DNA from: Lepidodermella squamata
Taxonomy: Eukaryota > Animalia > Gastrotricha
Reading direction: 5' to 3'
DNA: 64,000 bases
Assembly: GCA_047495785.1 (NCBI GenBank)
Contig: JBLDXI010000055.1
Location: 1,240,001-1,304,000, forward strand
In this document: piece after piece, positions 14,760 through 27,383 of the stretch
Position numbering within the stretch: the first letter of the stretch is position 1
Layout of the letters: every line of letters starts with the position of its first letter
The notes under the pieces: generated by a model
Told to the model about the DNA's origin: nothing
Seen by the model: only the letters and a program-made list of their open reading frames with translations
Database searches by the model: none
Position numbers and translations under genes: made by a program

Positions 14760-15420
14760 ATGAAATGGTTTCTGATGGTTCCTGACCCCCATCAATTTAA
14801 TTATGCTAGGCAGATTTATTTTCGATTTTGGAGCTATTCTTTCATAGATAATATTTATTACATTTACGAATAGCTGCTGATTTATTCTAGAGTTCGTTTC
14901 TTTGGAAATCGTTTGAGTACATTGATCATCCTTTTTCGAGTTGTGGTGCATCTTAGTTTATGTTGAGAGTCCACGCCAAGAACTTTGGAAAGTGAGATCA
15001 CTTCCAGGTAGGCGTTTTGTAGTGCGATTTGACTGGCGTTGAACGATTTGTGACTCGCTGTTCGCACTACAGCGCCTTGTGGTATTAATTCATCATGTCT
15101 ATGTAGCGACCTTATGCGTATAGTTGATTTGCTCGTGAAGTGTCAACTATCGATTTTTCGCAAAAAATGATATCTAATAATAGTGAGAGCAGATAGCGAC
15201 TCCGTTGTATAAGCTATAGCTGTGTCTGGCTTCTGCGTCGGTGACGTGTTCGTACTTGACGCGCTGATTTACTAATAGTTCATAGCAGGTGCTTATATTA
15301 CCTGCGTAGGATACTTTTGAGATAACAGGTGAATATGACCGGTGCTCGGTATTGAGGAGCTTACCGATCTGAGGTGTCCCTTTGATTGCCAGGGTAACAT
15401 GAGTGACTTGATTTCTGTTA
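14760..15420 (-). mobile_element. Decayed non-LTR retrotransposon (LINE-like reverse transcriptase relic); boundaries approximate
   Basis: Frame-broken minus-strand peptides: KGTPQ..SSIPS/PVIFTCYLKSIL (~15380-15305; resembles GVPQGSxLSPxLFxxY), then IALQNAYLEVISLSKVLGVDSQHKL (~15030-14955; resembles KYLGVxLDxKL), KRMINVLKRF, INIIYERIAPK, in the expected order. No intact YADD seen. Confidence 0.5.
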
Positions 15421-15899
15421 TTGCATTCATTTATTTGTATGTTTAGAAAATTTATTTTATGAAGAACAGTTTTCTATTTTCAATATCGGAGAGTTGCGGT
15501 TATTTTTCACATCCGAAGGCAAATTCATTCTGCATGCAGCTGCCGCTTCTGTCATTACTGGCGTGGACATAAAAGGTAAAAATAATTTTTCTGCTGCGAG
15601 TCACATCTTTTTTGCGAAATTCGTCACCGTTTTCTGCGGTGGCCATGTGTGAATTTCTGGTCGTCGTTACCGCAGCAGTAGTATTAATGGTAGTGGCCAG
15701 CCAACCAGGCTGTCTGCCAACAGCCGTCGTAATGGAATGATGTGTGCGTGTGGAGCTAGCCTGTCAATGTTTAAAGAGCTCTAGCCAGGCCGTCATTGCT
15801 CTGTGCATGACAGAGCCGTATTTGACATGTGTATAAATGTCTTTTTCTTCTCATTTTTTTCGAGGGAAAAGTGTCGCAGCCAGGCTCACTTAACATGTG

Positions 15900-16830
15900 C
15901 GTGTGTATGCGCGCGCCGTCATTCCTCATCGTCGTCGTTCGTTCGTCATACGACGACTACTACTATACTACTAAGGCCATTATTATTATAACAGGGCTCC
16001 GTCATACATGCACACACATTCAAGTATTAATGTAGGGTATGGAACAGTGCTGCGTAGTAGTAGTTTTTCCATGCATGCGTGTGTGTGTATTTTATAGTAG
16101 GGCCCATGATCGTTGGCTGGCCTCGCTCTCGTTTTCTCCGCTCGCAGCCACATGCGAAATGGAATTGCGCGATATAAAGAAAAGCAGACGGCGATTGTAT
16201 GTTCTCCTCTGCTGCCGCAGCAGCAGCAGCTACGGCCTTCAATATTAGTAGTAGACCCCGTGATGTATAGTAGTAATAGCAGTAAAACATAATGAATATG
16301 TGAATGTGAATGTGTGGTCATGTGAGCGATGTGTGCGCAGAGTTTTGGCAAGCTCTTTTTATATAGAAAATGTATGTGCGGCCTGCCTGCCTGCCTGCGC
16401 GAAATATTACAACGTAGTATTTGGCGATAGCCCGCTCGCTTGCTCGCTCGCTCATGTATTCTAGCTATAAAAGAATATATCTATAGTACAGCAGCAGCAG
16501 CAGTGGTCATTCTACGATATATAGCCGCGCTGCGAGTTTTCTACGCGCTCACATGCGAATGTTTGCCGTCCGCTCTACAGCTCGTTTTTGTAGCTGGAGA
16601 GAGAACGAGATGGCCGTTGCATTGTCACCACACATTCACTCTTGAGTAGTAATACCTGGTGGGCACAAATGGGCCACACGCTCTTTTATTCGCTCGCTCC
16701 TGCTGCATAGGTAATGGCCGTCGTCGTCGTCGTCGTCACAGATTTTTGAGCGGTGAAAAGAAGGAAAAGAAAGAGAGCGCGCGACCTGCGAGATGTACGA
16801 CAATGTGTAATAATAGTAGTAATAATGATA
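15900..16830. repeat. Cluster of short simple repeats upstream of FoxO ((GCCT)n 16381-16397, (CGT)n 16719-16736, (CAG)n, (TAG/TAA)n, (GT)n)
   Basis: Directly visible low-complexity tracts; they generate the spurious ORFs in this region. Confidence 0.8.
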
Positions 16831-17057
16831 ACGAATACACAGAGTGACTGTTTTTTGCGGCCAACTACAATGTGTGCTCTTGTTCTCTCTTCCCACAGCC
16901 GTGTCTGCTGCAACGACTTCAAGACTACAGCTGACCAGTCAGTCGCGAGACTCAACAGCGCTGATATAACTGTAATAATAGTGAGAAGAAGACAAGCCAG
17001 AAGAAGAGCCAAAAAGTCGTCAAGAATTAGAGAGCATCGGCGCCAACTTGCTACAAC

Positions 17058-20000
17058 ATGCTGACTACAATGTCGCAGTCGTCGTCGTCGGTGGCCGCCA
17101 ATGCAGGGTCTGTGATGCCGTCATGGCACTACGGCAACGGATCCGTCGGTAATATGACCTTGCCCGGCACTGCCAGCAACAGTTCCATTTGCAGCAGTGG
17201 CAGTCAGAGCGTGAATAGTAATAATACCATATTGAACGGTAACAATAATGTAACAGCCGGTGGCAGCAACAGCAGCAGCAGTAGTAACGGCATGAGTGTC
17301 GTTAACAACGCTGCCCGGCTCATCGGACTGTCCGCAAACCTTGTGAATGGCGGCGGTCCGAGTGGTGCAGTCGTTCCGAGCGCGAGTAACAGCGGTGCTG
17401 GCAGTAGCCTCGGCGGTGCACCCAGTGATTTGTTGAATCTGAATAGACAAGTCAAATGCGAGTACTCGCCCACGAATACCAACATGTATGCCAGTAGCTC
17501 GACGCCCGACCTCGAGCCGGAGATGCGAGCGCGTGCCAATACGTGGCACGCCGAGCGCAAACGGCCCGACAGGCAAATGCTCGAGAGCTTGCTCGAGGAG
17601 GATGACGACGACGATAGCCCTGAGGACAGTTTGTCCGGCATAAAACCCGAATCACTGTCTCCGCTGGGTGACTCAAACCTCATGGGCGGTTCGCCCGGCT
17701 CGGCGAGCGGGCACGGTGGCCCCAACTCGAAAAAGATATCGAGACGCAATGCGTGGGGCAATTTGTCTTATGCAGACTTAATCACAAAAGCAATCGAATG
17801 TTCGCCAGAGAAACGGCTGACCCTGTCGCAAATCTACGACTGGATGGTGCAAAATATTCCCTACTTCAAGGACAAGGGTGACACCACTAGCTCAGCTGGT
17901 TGGAAGGTTTGTGAATTATCGGATTTATTTTAGGGCGGATTTTTTATTTTTATTGTTTTTTTGTAGAACTCTATCCGTCACAATTTATCCCTTCACACGC
18001 GTTTTATGCGGCTTCAGAACGAGAGTTCTGGCAAAAGTTCTTGGTGGGTGATAAATCCTGATGCGTCGAAGAGCGGCAAATCGCCGCGTCGACGAGCGGC
18101 TTCGATTGACACTAAGAATTTTGAGCGGAAACGTGGTCGAGTAAAAAAGCGGTTGCAAGCTATGTCCGGCTCGACGTCGACAGACTTCAGCTCGGCACTA
18201 GGTTCTCGCAACCTTTCGACGTCGTCGATAAACACGGCATCAGGCTCGAATGCCGGAGACGGCAATTCGTCGTCACACCACGATTACCGGCTGCATTTCG
18301 GCAGCTCAACAGCGTCACTCGAGTCGCGCCTGCAACATCTGGCCTCGTCCGACCCGTGTTGGTCCGAGGGCCAGGCGTCGGGCGCTAGCGTCGGTTCGGG
18401 CGCCTTCGACATGGACCTCGACTCGCCGTCGAAGAACCAGACAGACTCTTACCATCAGCAGCTGTTCGGCGGCGCCCCGCAGGCCGGCGCGCGATCGGGC
18501 AGCGCTGCCTCGGGCTACTCGAACTTGCAGCAAGCGGCTGCCGGTGCCGCTTCGACACCTCCTCACCTGACGACCACCTATTTACAACTACAGGTTCGTT
18601 TACTCAATGATTTTTTGCAATTTGCAGTCGCCGATAATGAGCAGAATTGTGTTTGCGGTGTTCTATCGCGCCTGCGTTAGCACACCTTTGTTAAATTATG
18701 ATTATTATTATGAATATGAATTTTTATTTGTCGTCATTTTTCTCACTCGCAAACAACAGGGCAGTTACCATCTCGCCGCTGTCGCCAATACTCCAAACAG
18801 CCACGGCCACCACCATCATCATCACGGCTCACCTGGAAGCGCGACGGCGCCCGCTACTATGGGCACCTTCCATGCTTTTCATTCTTCGCCTTTCGGACAA
18901 CATCCGACTGCTGCTGCTGCTGCTTCGTCATACAATATGCCGTCCTATCATCTACAAGTAAGCTATAAAAATAATTCCCCTCCGTGCCAGCCAGCCCAGC
19001 CCGCCCGTTCGCCCCTAATAATAATGGCCGTAATAAATGCACAATAATAGACGACGAATTCTGTAATAACAGTTTTTATCGACTAGCGCCCTCATTGTCG
19101 CGCCCGTTTGCATAATGACGTACTATTGGCGATTGTCGTGACACAAAGGCCGCGCGCTCACAGAGATTCGCAAAATCATTAAAATAATAATAATAATAGT
19201 AGTAGTGGAATAGCGACGAAAGAATAGAATAAGAACACATTCAAGCATTGTTGTTTGCGGCTCGATGCCCACAAAAAATCGCGCATTGAGTGGCCTTCAA
19301 TTTGAGCGACATCCACTTCACGCGACATTTCATTTCATTCACACACGAAAACTCCCGCGTTTCGCAGAGAGTTTTTAGCTGTTGGGGATTACATTATGAG
19401 TATGAAAGACGAACAACGAAAATTGCGGAGGATGAAAAATTGATGGAAAAAAATAATTCTAACGATGTATGTTATGTGTTACAGTCGATGTCGTCGTATA
19501 ATGGAGGCAGTGCGAATGCCATGACACACGGCAGCGATAATATGTTCCAGGCAGGGAGCGCGTCTGGCACCTCGCCGCAACTCAAGTCATATTCAAGCCT
19601 TCAGCCGGTAAGCATGAATTCGTACAAGCCGCAGCAATCGCAACAGCAGCAGGCCAACTACGGCGCTCCGCAATCTTCGAATGGCAACAATAACGGCCTG
19701 GTCGGCACAGTGCATCATCATCACCACCACGCGTCCAATAACAGTAACCCTAATCATCATCATCAGCAATCACAACTTAATCAACCACAGCAGCTCTTAG
19801 GACGTAAGTGTTGCTAATTAATGAATGGTATCCCCTTATTAATTGAATTATTTTCTCGCTCAGTTGGTGCTGGTAATAACCCTGCTGGTTTGACTTCGAC
19901 GCCGCCCGTCGGCAGCGGTCTGCCGCAAGACCTCGATTTCTTCGAGCCTTTCGGCAGCTCCGGCATGGTCAATAGCTCTAGTGGTGGCCTTTTGGGGCTG

Positions 20001-20153
20001 AACGGTGGTTCATCGGTCAGCGCCGCCAACTCGGCTTACTTTGTCGATATCGCAGACATGGACTCGACAATCGGCAAAGACTTGTGTGCTGACAGCAGTC
20101 TCGATGTGAACCTGGAATTCGAGTCGCTGCTTTCATCCTCTCAAATGAGCTAA
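17058..20153 (+). CDS. FOXO: Forkhead box O transcription factor; exons 17058-17906, 17967-18593, 18760-18957, 19485-19803, 19864-20153 (~760 aa)
   Basis: [56 protein letters not shown]|[31 protein letters not shown]; Akt sites RARANT and RRRAAS; C-terminal LPQDLD and [11 protein letters not shown]; all exon phases compatible. Confidence 0.97.
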
Positions 20154-22553
20154 CCAGCCACTGAAAGCGTTGTAAAAATTACCTACTACCACTAGCCGCC
20201 GATCTGTTTCATGTGTGTCGTCGTCGTCATTTCGTTCGATTCGATTTTTTAATAACTCCGGAGCTGCCGTTTGTATGCATTGCTCGTGTCTTGATAAAGA
20301 GGATAATGAAAATGTACAAAGATTTATCAAAGCAAACAGAAAACATATTTTTTTCGTTCAGAACCAGACCTGAAATAACTATTATTCTTTGATGGAAAAA
20401 GAAAATTCTATATATTTACCTACCGAAGAAGAAAAATATATATTTAGATACGAAACTATCTCTATATTTGCTCCTAAAGATTGAAGAGTTATATTAATAT
20501 TATAATTACGAATGATGATTCATAGTTTCTGAAAAGGCGTGCGTTGCGTGTGTTTCTATCGATGATGCGTGTGTTTGTTTGATTTTTTGGTTTTGATTTT
20601 TTTTGCGTACATTGTCTTTCTCTTCTCGAAAATATTGCATACATTTGGACGCGTTACTAGTGTCGCACGATCGCACACGCATGTTACCTTGACGAGAGAT
20701 CAGGAACTGCAGCATACACACATTTGAACACACATTACCTACATGAAAAAAAGAAGGAATGAAAATCGCTGACTGAAATTTGAAGAAAATGCCGTGCCAT
20801 AAATATTCTTTTAAACTTGAAATCCGAAAGGCCTGAAAAAAACATACCTCATAAATTTCTATCTTTAAAATGAAATTAAACCGATTTTTATTTTTCCCTC
20901 GCTTAACAGAAGATTCTTATGTTTTGAATGATGATAAATTCGATTTACGCCTATTCTATTCATGAAACCGAGATGAAACAGATTATTTCTCTATAAAGAA
21001 ACCTAGTTTGCTACAAAGTTGAATTCTTTATATTATATGAACCTATCTGGTGTATATATATCAGAGCCGAAAGATGAAATAGAAACCTATTTTGTGCTAA
21101 TTTTCTTAGCCACATCCGCAAATCATTTATCCTCTTATATTTACCGCTGTATGCTCCTGATGCTCCTTCTGCTCCTCAATCGATATCATTTTTAAGATCC
21201 AATAAGATACGTGTAAATACGTTCTGGCAAAGCGGGTTCTTTCCTCATCTTGATTTTTCTGGTTCGTAACCCGTCTTTATTGTCTTATCTGCTCTTGATA
21301 ATTTAGACACTGATTCCTTCTACTGCAGATCTCGATTTCTACTATTTGGAAATGATTACGCACCACATAGGTGATTTGTTGTACTTTGTTCTCGCCCTGC
21401 TACGTCATTTTCTTTTCTTCTTTGCTCCAGTTCGTCACTCGCCAACCACGCCCGTTTAATGATAAAGGCTTGACTAATTTTCTCGACGACGACATGTAGT
21501 TACGTCAAACATAGCCGACCAGCCTATTTCGCCACTTTGTTGTGTTTATATCGCGCTTTATTACTGAATCAATAGTTCAAGAGCGACTGTTGCCCTATCT
21601 ATCTCAGGATGATAGCGATATCATTTTACATTAAAGACAAATTGTGCCCGCTCTCTTCAATTTGATAACGTCACATTTTCTTACATGGTTTCACCACCTA
21701 CGATGATGATTTGTAACTAAATGAAGCTAATGATTCAAACGTAAGGCGCTGGCGCAAATTCTTTGGTCGCGGTTAATTTTTCGTGGCATCTACTTAAATC
21801 GAAACAGAAAAGCTACTGATTGTGTTCAATGATAGATAATAATGATGATGATGACGACGATAATGATTGTGCGACTACTTTTCTATCCGTTCCGCTCGCA
21901 GCTCAATCTCTAGGCTAGAAATCTTTTAATTACAATATTGCAATTATTAATGATTACAAGTTTTGATCGATTATTGAAAATGATAACGACAGAGGACAGA
22001 GACAAAATATGTTGTTAAAATTGTGTGGTTATTATTTGTTCATCATCTTGTATTGTGCCTCCTACTTCATGGATAATAATTCTTAGAATCGCAGAAAACA
22101 TAGTTTCTCAAACGTCGCGATTGGTAGCGCTCTTGTGATATGGCGAGTAAATATTATAACTATATTACATACCTAAATTTCTATTGTAAATAATGCGATA
22201 GGTAGAAGATCCTTATGTTTTTTAACAGATGATTCTATAGAGACGTCTTGTGTTCGCGAGAGAAGCTTCTTCTTCTTCATCTTCTTCTTCTTTGGGTGAT
22301 TGAAATAGCAAACTAGCTCGTATATAAAGAAAGATAGAGAGTTCTATATTGTTTCTACTTCATATTTCTCCAATGATTCTTTAATTTTTTGACCCGTCTT
22401 ATTTTTTGATCCAAGCCCTCGCGTTCTTCTCTCTTCAAACATCATCAAATTATTATTAAAGATAAATTATTATATTCTTAACGCTTATTATAATTATGCT
22501 ATTCTTTACATGAAAGAGATATATATTCGATGATTATGTTGGAAACTAAGGCT

Positions 22554-22590
22554 TCTCGCTCTCGCTCTCTCTCTCTCTCTTATTCTCTCT
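22554..22590. repeat. (CT)n microsatellite downstream of FoxO
   Basis: tctcgctctcgctctctctctctctcttattctctct visible directly. Confidence 0.8.
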
Positions 22591-25500
22591 TCGTCTCTTT
22601 TGAAAACAGTTACGGTGGTATTGGCGCGATTTCTACTTACATAATTATATAAATAAGAGCATAGTTATTTAGTGTTAAACGCTTGTCTTAAAAAGACCCC
22701 GTCGTGCGAGTGGTTGTATCGTGTAAACTGTTCTTAAGGTAAAATTCAATTTCTAATAACAATTCGAATCACCCAGTGCTTCACGGCGCAATTGAAAATG
22801 GCGCCGTGAATTAACGTAATAACGCTATTTATTCTCTCAACTATTATTCTTACATTTCCTTACTGCGTAAAACGGCAACAAATAACTCAACCAGGTATCA
22901 CCTTGTATCATAGAATTTGTTCAATTTTTCTACTACTTTGATGATAAGGCGATTAGTAGCTACTACTAACTAAATGATAATGTAAGCTAGAGCTCAGTCC
23001 TTAAGTCTTGTTAAACAAGCTAGACGGGCTAGGCTAATCACGCTAACTCGGATCATTCACTCATTCAAACCAGTTTAAGTTCTGCTTCGTTGTCTGCTTC
23101 GACGGTTTTCGCGCGTGAGTTTTCTCGTCGCCTTCGAGGCGCCAACATTACGATAATGATGTGTAAAAACTCGCCGTGTACGGACGGACAAATGAATATC
23201 CCGCAGTGAATTTTAGCTCTTCTCAAAGTTGAACTGTACGATAAACTGAACTACGTGCAAGTGTTTCTCTCCTTATTCTTACTTTAAGTAGGAAAAAATT
23301 CTTATATTGCGATATCAAACGAAGACTTTTGTTTCTTTTACCTACCCCGATTGCCTTGATGAAATCTAATCTCATCCGAATTTTTACGGTTATAGGTTAA
23401 TTTAGGGTTGTTGATAGCGGTGATTGTTACAATATTGTTGTTATTGTTTCTTCGTGGGGTTCTTTGAACTTCCATTTTGTTCTGCTGCTTAGCGTCATAA
23501 AATCACGATTTTAGGCTTGACGAAAACAAAATACGTTAAGAAGTACACACTCGAAACAAACGCCAACTGAGTAGAACTGTCCAAACCTCGTTTACCTCCT
23601 ATTCTACTTCATCTCCAATTTTACGACGATTGTCACACATCGTGCAGCCAAAACATCGAAAGACGCACGAGTGGGCTGTGTCGCAGGGTTGCAGAAACCA
23701 AATATTTCCTACCTGTGTTTTTTACACTATTTGCTGCGAAACAAAAATATCTTTTCTCTGTTTACCATCGCGCACGTGTTCTTTGTCTCGGGGAGAGCCT
23801 GCTTGCTGAAATGTAGCGCGGCAAAATAATGCGCTTACAACAAAAGCAAAAGACTCGGGCGAGTCGTTCGTGAATAACGCGGCGCACACGCAAAAAGCCG
23901 TGTGCAAGCGGCGTTTTCCGTTCTTGTGCCGTCTTTCTTTTGTCGTTGTGAGTGAATGAGTGGCCAGCCGGCGGACGGCGGCGATTTCACGCCAAGGGAT
24001 CGTCGTCGCAGAGCGCGGCGCCCTTATTTATTATTCATCGGCCTGCCCTATGTCTTTTTGTTTCGAGGCTGGGCATAGAACACGCGCGCGCTTGTTTCTT
24101 TCGCTACAAGAAAATAACTCCTCTATCAGGCCACGTCAATAAATCTTTCTGTTACGGATTCCTTAACGATGAAAACAGTTATTACTCTAAGTAGGGCTAA
24201 GCTGCGTTCTGATTAATGCACTGCTCCGCTCCCATCTCATCAGTGTGCGCTATTCGTCTCTCCTTTATTGATGATTCTATTCTTTCTACTATGTGAATGT
24301 TGGTAATATAATAATAATAATAATAATACTTTTGGGGTAGTTATCAATGCTAACGATTACTTTATAATGTTATCTAATTATAAACGTATAAGTGTTCAAA
24401 AAGAGAGAGCTGCGTGTTTTCTTCTTCTTCTTTATCATCTTCTCTTTTCGCTATAATATATCGGCTTCTATTGAGAGCGCCAAGTCATTGGAGATAACAA
24501 CTACAATATTAGCAAAAACGTGTATTTTATACTTTTTAAAATGATGAAATGACGTCAAAAACGGGAAAACGTGAAATGTCACAATACTTAAATATGCGTT
24601 ACGATTGTTATTCTTCGTTGTGTCGGCGGCCGTTCGACGCGGGTCGAATGTTATTTTACGTTTTTTGATGGACCCGCAGTTATCCGCAAGCGATAATCAG
24701 AGCAGGTGAAGACAATGTCGTCATTTTCATTACAACGTACTTTTCTTCTGCTCTCCGAAATGACGAGAATTGCCACTCGAAGAGAGTGACTGCGGCCGCC
24801 TTGATTTGCAAAAGAGGATGTGTATATTTATTCCGTGAAATGATACCTATGAAGTTGTATAAAGGAGCAACCATACAACCAATGAATTCGTGCGAGATGA
24901 ACGAGCGCGCTCTGTTTTCCTCTCGCTACCTTAAAATTAAGGCATAAACTTGATGAACGTGTGCTGTGCCCATATTTTCTTTTTTCTCTGTTCTTTGTGT
25001 ACATAAAATTGAAATCTTATCATAATCATTCATATTCTTATTCATATTACATAAAATTATTATTACTATATAACTTACGTCATCGTTTATTGCTGAAATA
25101 AAATTGCACTTGGTCAAAAAAATGACCATCGAAATACAACGGGAGTTTTTTTTCATTTGGAGTGTAATTATGCTTTCACACGATGTCACGTTACATGTAG
25201 CAGGCTAGAAAAACCCACGTGATAATATTATTTTCTGTTTGTCTGCCAGTTGGGGAATGACGCAGGCGGCTAATGAACTTGAAAAAAGCAAAAAATAACA
25301 CTTTGTCGTAGAACCAAATTGCCAAGATTCGATTTCAAAGGGTGCATAGTGCACTCATTTCGAACTCAGTTCTTGCAGCTTCATTTCATTCGAAGGTGAT
25401 AAGTTCAATCGATACCCAACTCTCGCATTCGAAGTAACATGTCCGCTACAAGCGTATTTTATTGCTTTCAGCCAAGGCAAACAAGGATACACGATGAGAT

Positions 25501-26343
25501 TTTTTTGCGAAAAAAATACGCTTTTTATTGTCCATATACTCTTTCTCTCAGTAGCAGAAACACATGATGGGGTATAAGTGCACTTATGTTGGCTTAGATG
25601 AGTCGCAGAGTTCGTAAAAAACGAACGCACTCACGCTTATTTGAGATGTGTGCGCAAAAAATCGATCAACGGTTTTTTGAAACGCACTCACGGCAAGAAA
25701 ATGAGCGAGGGCTGCGATGAATATTATTAGGCGACAAGCTGCTCGGCGGCTCCGGATAGAGCAACGCCGATCGCCCAATCATGTGTGAAAAAATTACAAT
25801 TATATTAAAAACGAAAGGAAATTCTGAACGAGTCTTATCGTTTGCTATTAAATTCACGGCGACCAGGTGGTAGCGAGTTCATTACCATTTCTGCGACGCA
25901 ATTCATGTTTACTCGGTGGAAAATAAAAGCCTGCCGTCTTCTCATAATAATTGCGGTTGAGACATCAAACAATTCAGCAAACACATACGGCAGAAATTTA
26001 TCGACGAAATAGAGCGCTAAATTGAGTATCGACGTTGAACCTATAACAGCCTTTCTTGTACAGCAAGGCGAATGCAACAAGTTGTGTTCCTTTGACGCAG
26101 TAAGGCGGAGTGACATAGCGGCAACTGAACCCCAAGGTCAAAAGCATTCCCTGATTACCAGCCCAGTGATGCCGAATGATCCAACTTTCCTCTTAGAGGT
26201 TATTATTTCCACATTACTCTGTAAAAGACCGTTATCATTGCTGTGAAAGAAAAAGAGATAAAATTAACTTGGAACCAGATAACATCAGAGCGTAAAGCAT
26301 AGAACAGCAAAAAGCATCCATAAACGACTATAGTCTGCTAGAA

Positions 26344-27332
26344 ATGTCGAACCTGCTTCCAGAAACAAAGATTTGCATTCTCCAAAAGAATCAGGATGAA
26401 AATAACTACGGCTTCGCTGTGAAGTATACTTCAGGACCAGAGCCAACAACTGTGGTGACTAGCGTTAGCCAGGGTAGCGCGGCTTGGCGCGCAGGTCTTA
26501 GAGCTGATGATGTCATAATAGCTGTAGATGGCCAATCTACACTTGGTCCTGATGCTGAAAAAACTTTCAGAAATCGCGCTAGCCAAGCGTGCAACGGCAT
26601 GATGGCTATCCAGTTTTTGCGCAGAGAAGTTCCGCAGCCTCATCCAATCATGATAATTCGGCTGGAAAAATGGAGGTCGTGCTCAAGATTCGGTTTTCGT
26701 ATAGCTAAAAGCGATTCAAAGGGTAAGCTTATATAATATAAAGAATCAACTGATTGTTCAATTCAATTCAATTGCGACTGTCTAGGACCAATAAAAATCA
26801 TCAAAATAGATCCCGGATCACCGGCATACTTGACACCTATGCCAGTCGGTCATGTGTTATGTCAAGTTAATGGACAAAATGTCCGCAATAAAAATTATGG
26901 TGAAGTAGTCAAGATTTTAACCGGTAAAGGCTTAACATTCGCGTGAATTATGAGTGAGCTTGATTTGCATTTTTCAGACAGTGGATCGAAAGTTGAAATA
27001 ACGATTGCTTCTCCTGAAACTGTTAAATGGCTGGATCAGAACAATAAGAACCTTAGCGAAGCGCTCTTGGAGCTAGCGGTAGAAATTCACGGCCCACCCA
27101 TCGAAATCGGTAGCAGCGCCAGTAATACCAAAGATCTATCAACGGAAATTTCACACGCCATATCACAGCCAAGTAAGTCTCGGAAGTTATTGTGCTTGGT
27201 ACGGATGATTCATGACAAACCAAGGATCCGCCCACTTGGTAGAAAAAATGGAGAGATAAGAATTATAAAAATGAATATGCTAACCCGTTTTTTATAATAT
27301 GGTAACTCATATTATCTTCAGCCATTCTTTAG
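26344..27332 (+). CDS. Two-PDZ-domain scaffold protein (NHERF/PDZK1-like); 3' end uncertain (27297 or 27332)
   Basis: PDZ1: NYGFAV..VVTSVSQGSAAWRAGLRADDVIIAVDG; PDZ2 across introns: RFGFRI..|GPIKIIKIDPGSPAYLTPMPVGHVLCQVNGQNVRNKNYGEVVKILT|DSGSKVEITI. Confidence 0.8.
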
Positions 27333-27383
27333 CTAGCATCTGATATCATGAGTGTCATTTGAAGTTCATTTAAATCTAGAGCA

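Noticed and set aside
15803-17064. Many overlapping short ORFs upstream of FoxO
   Set aside because: Products of simple repeats (poly-R, -Y, -T, -D); no domain or splice support.
19744-19754. Telomere-template-like taaccctaa
   Set aside because: Single copy inside FoxO coding sequence (SNPN); similar isolated matches elsewhere are expected by chance.
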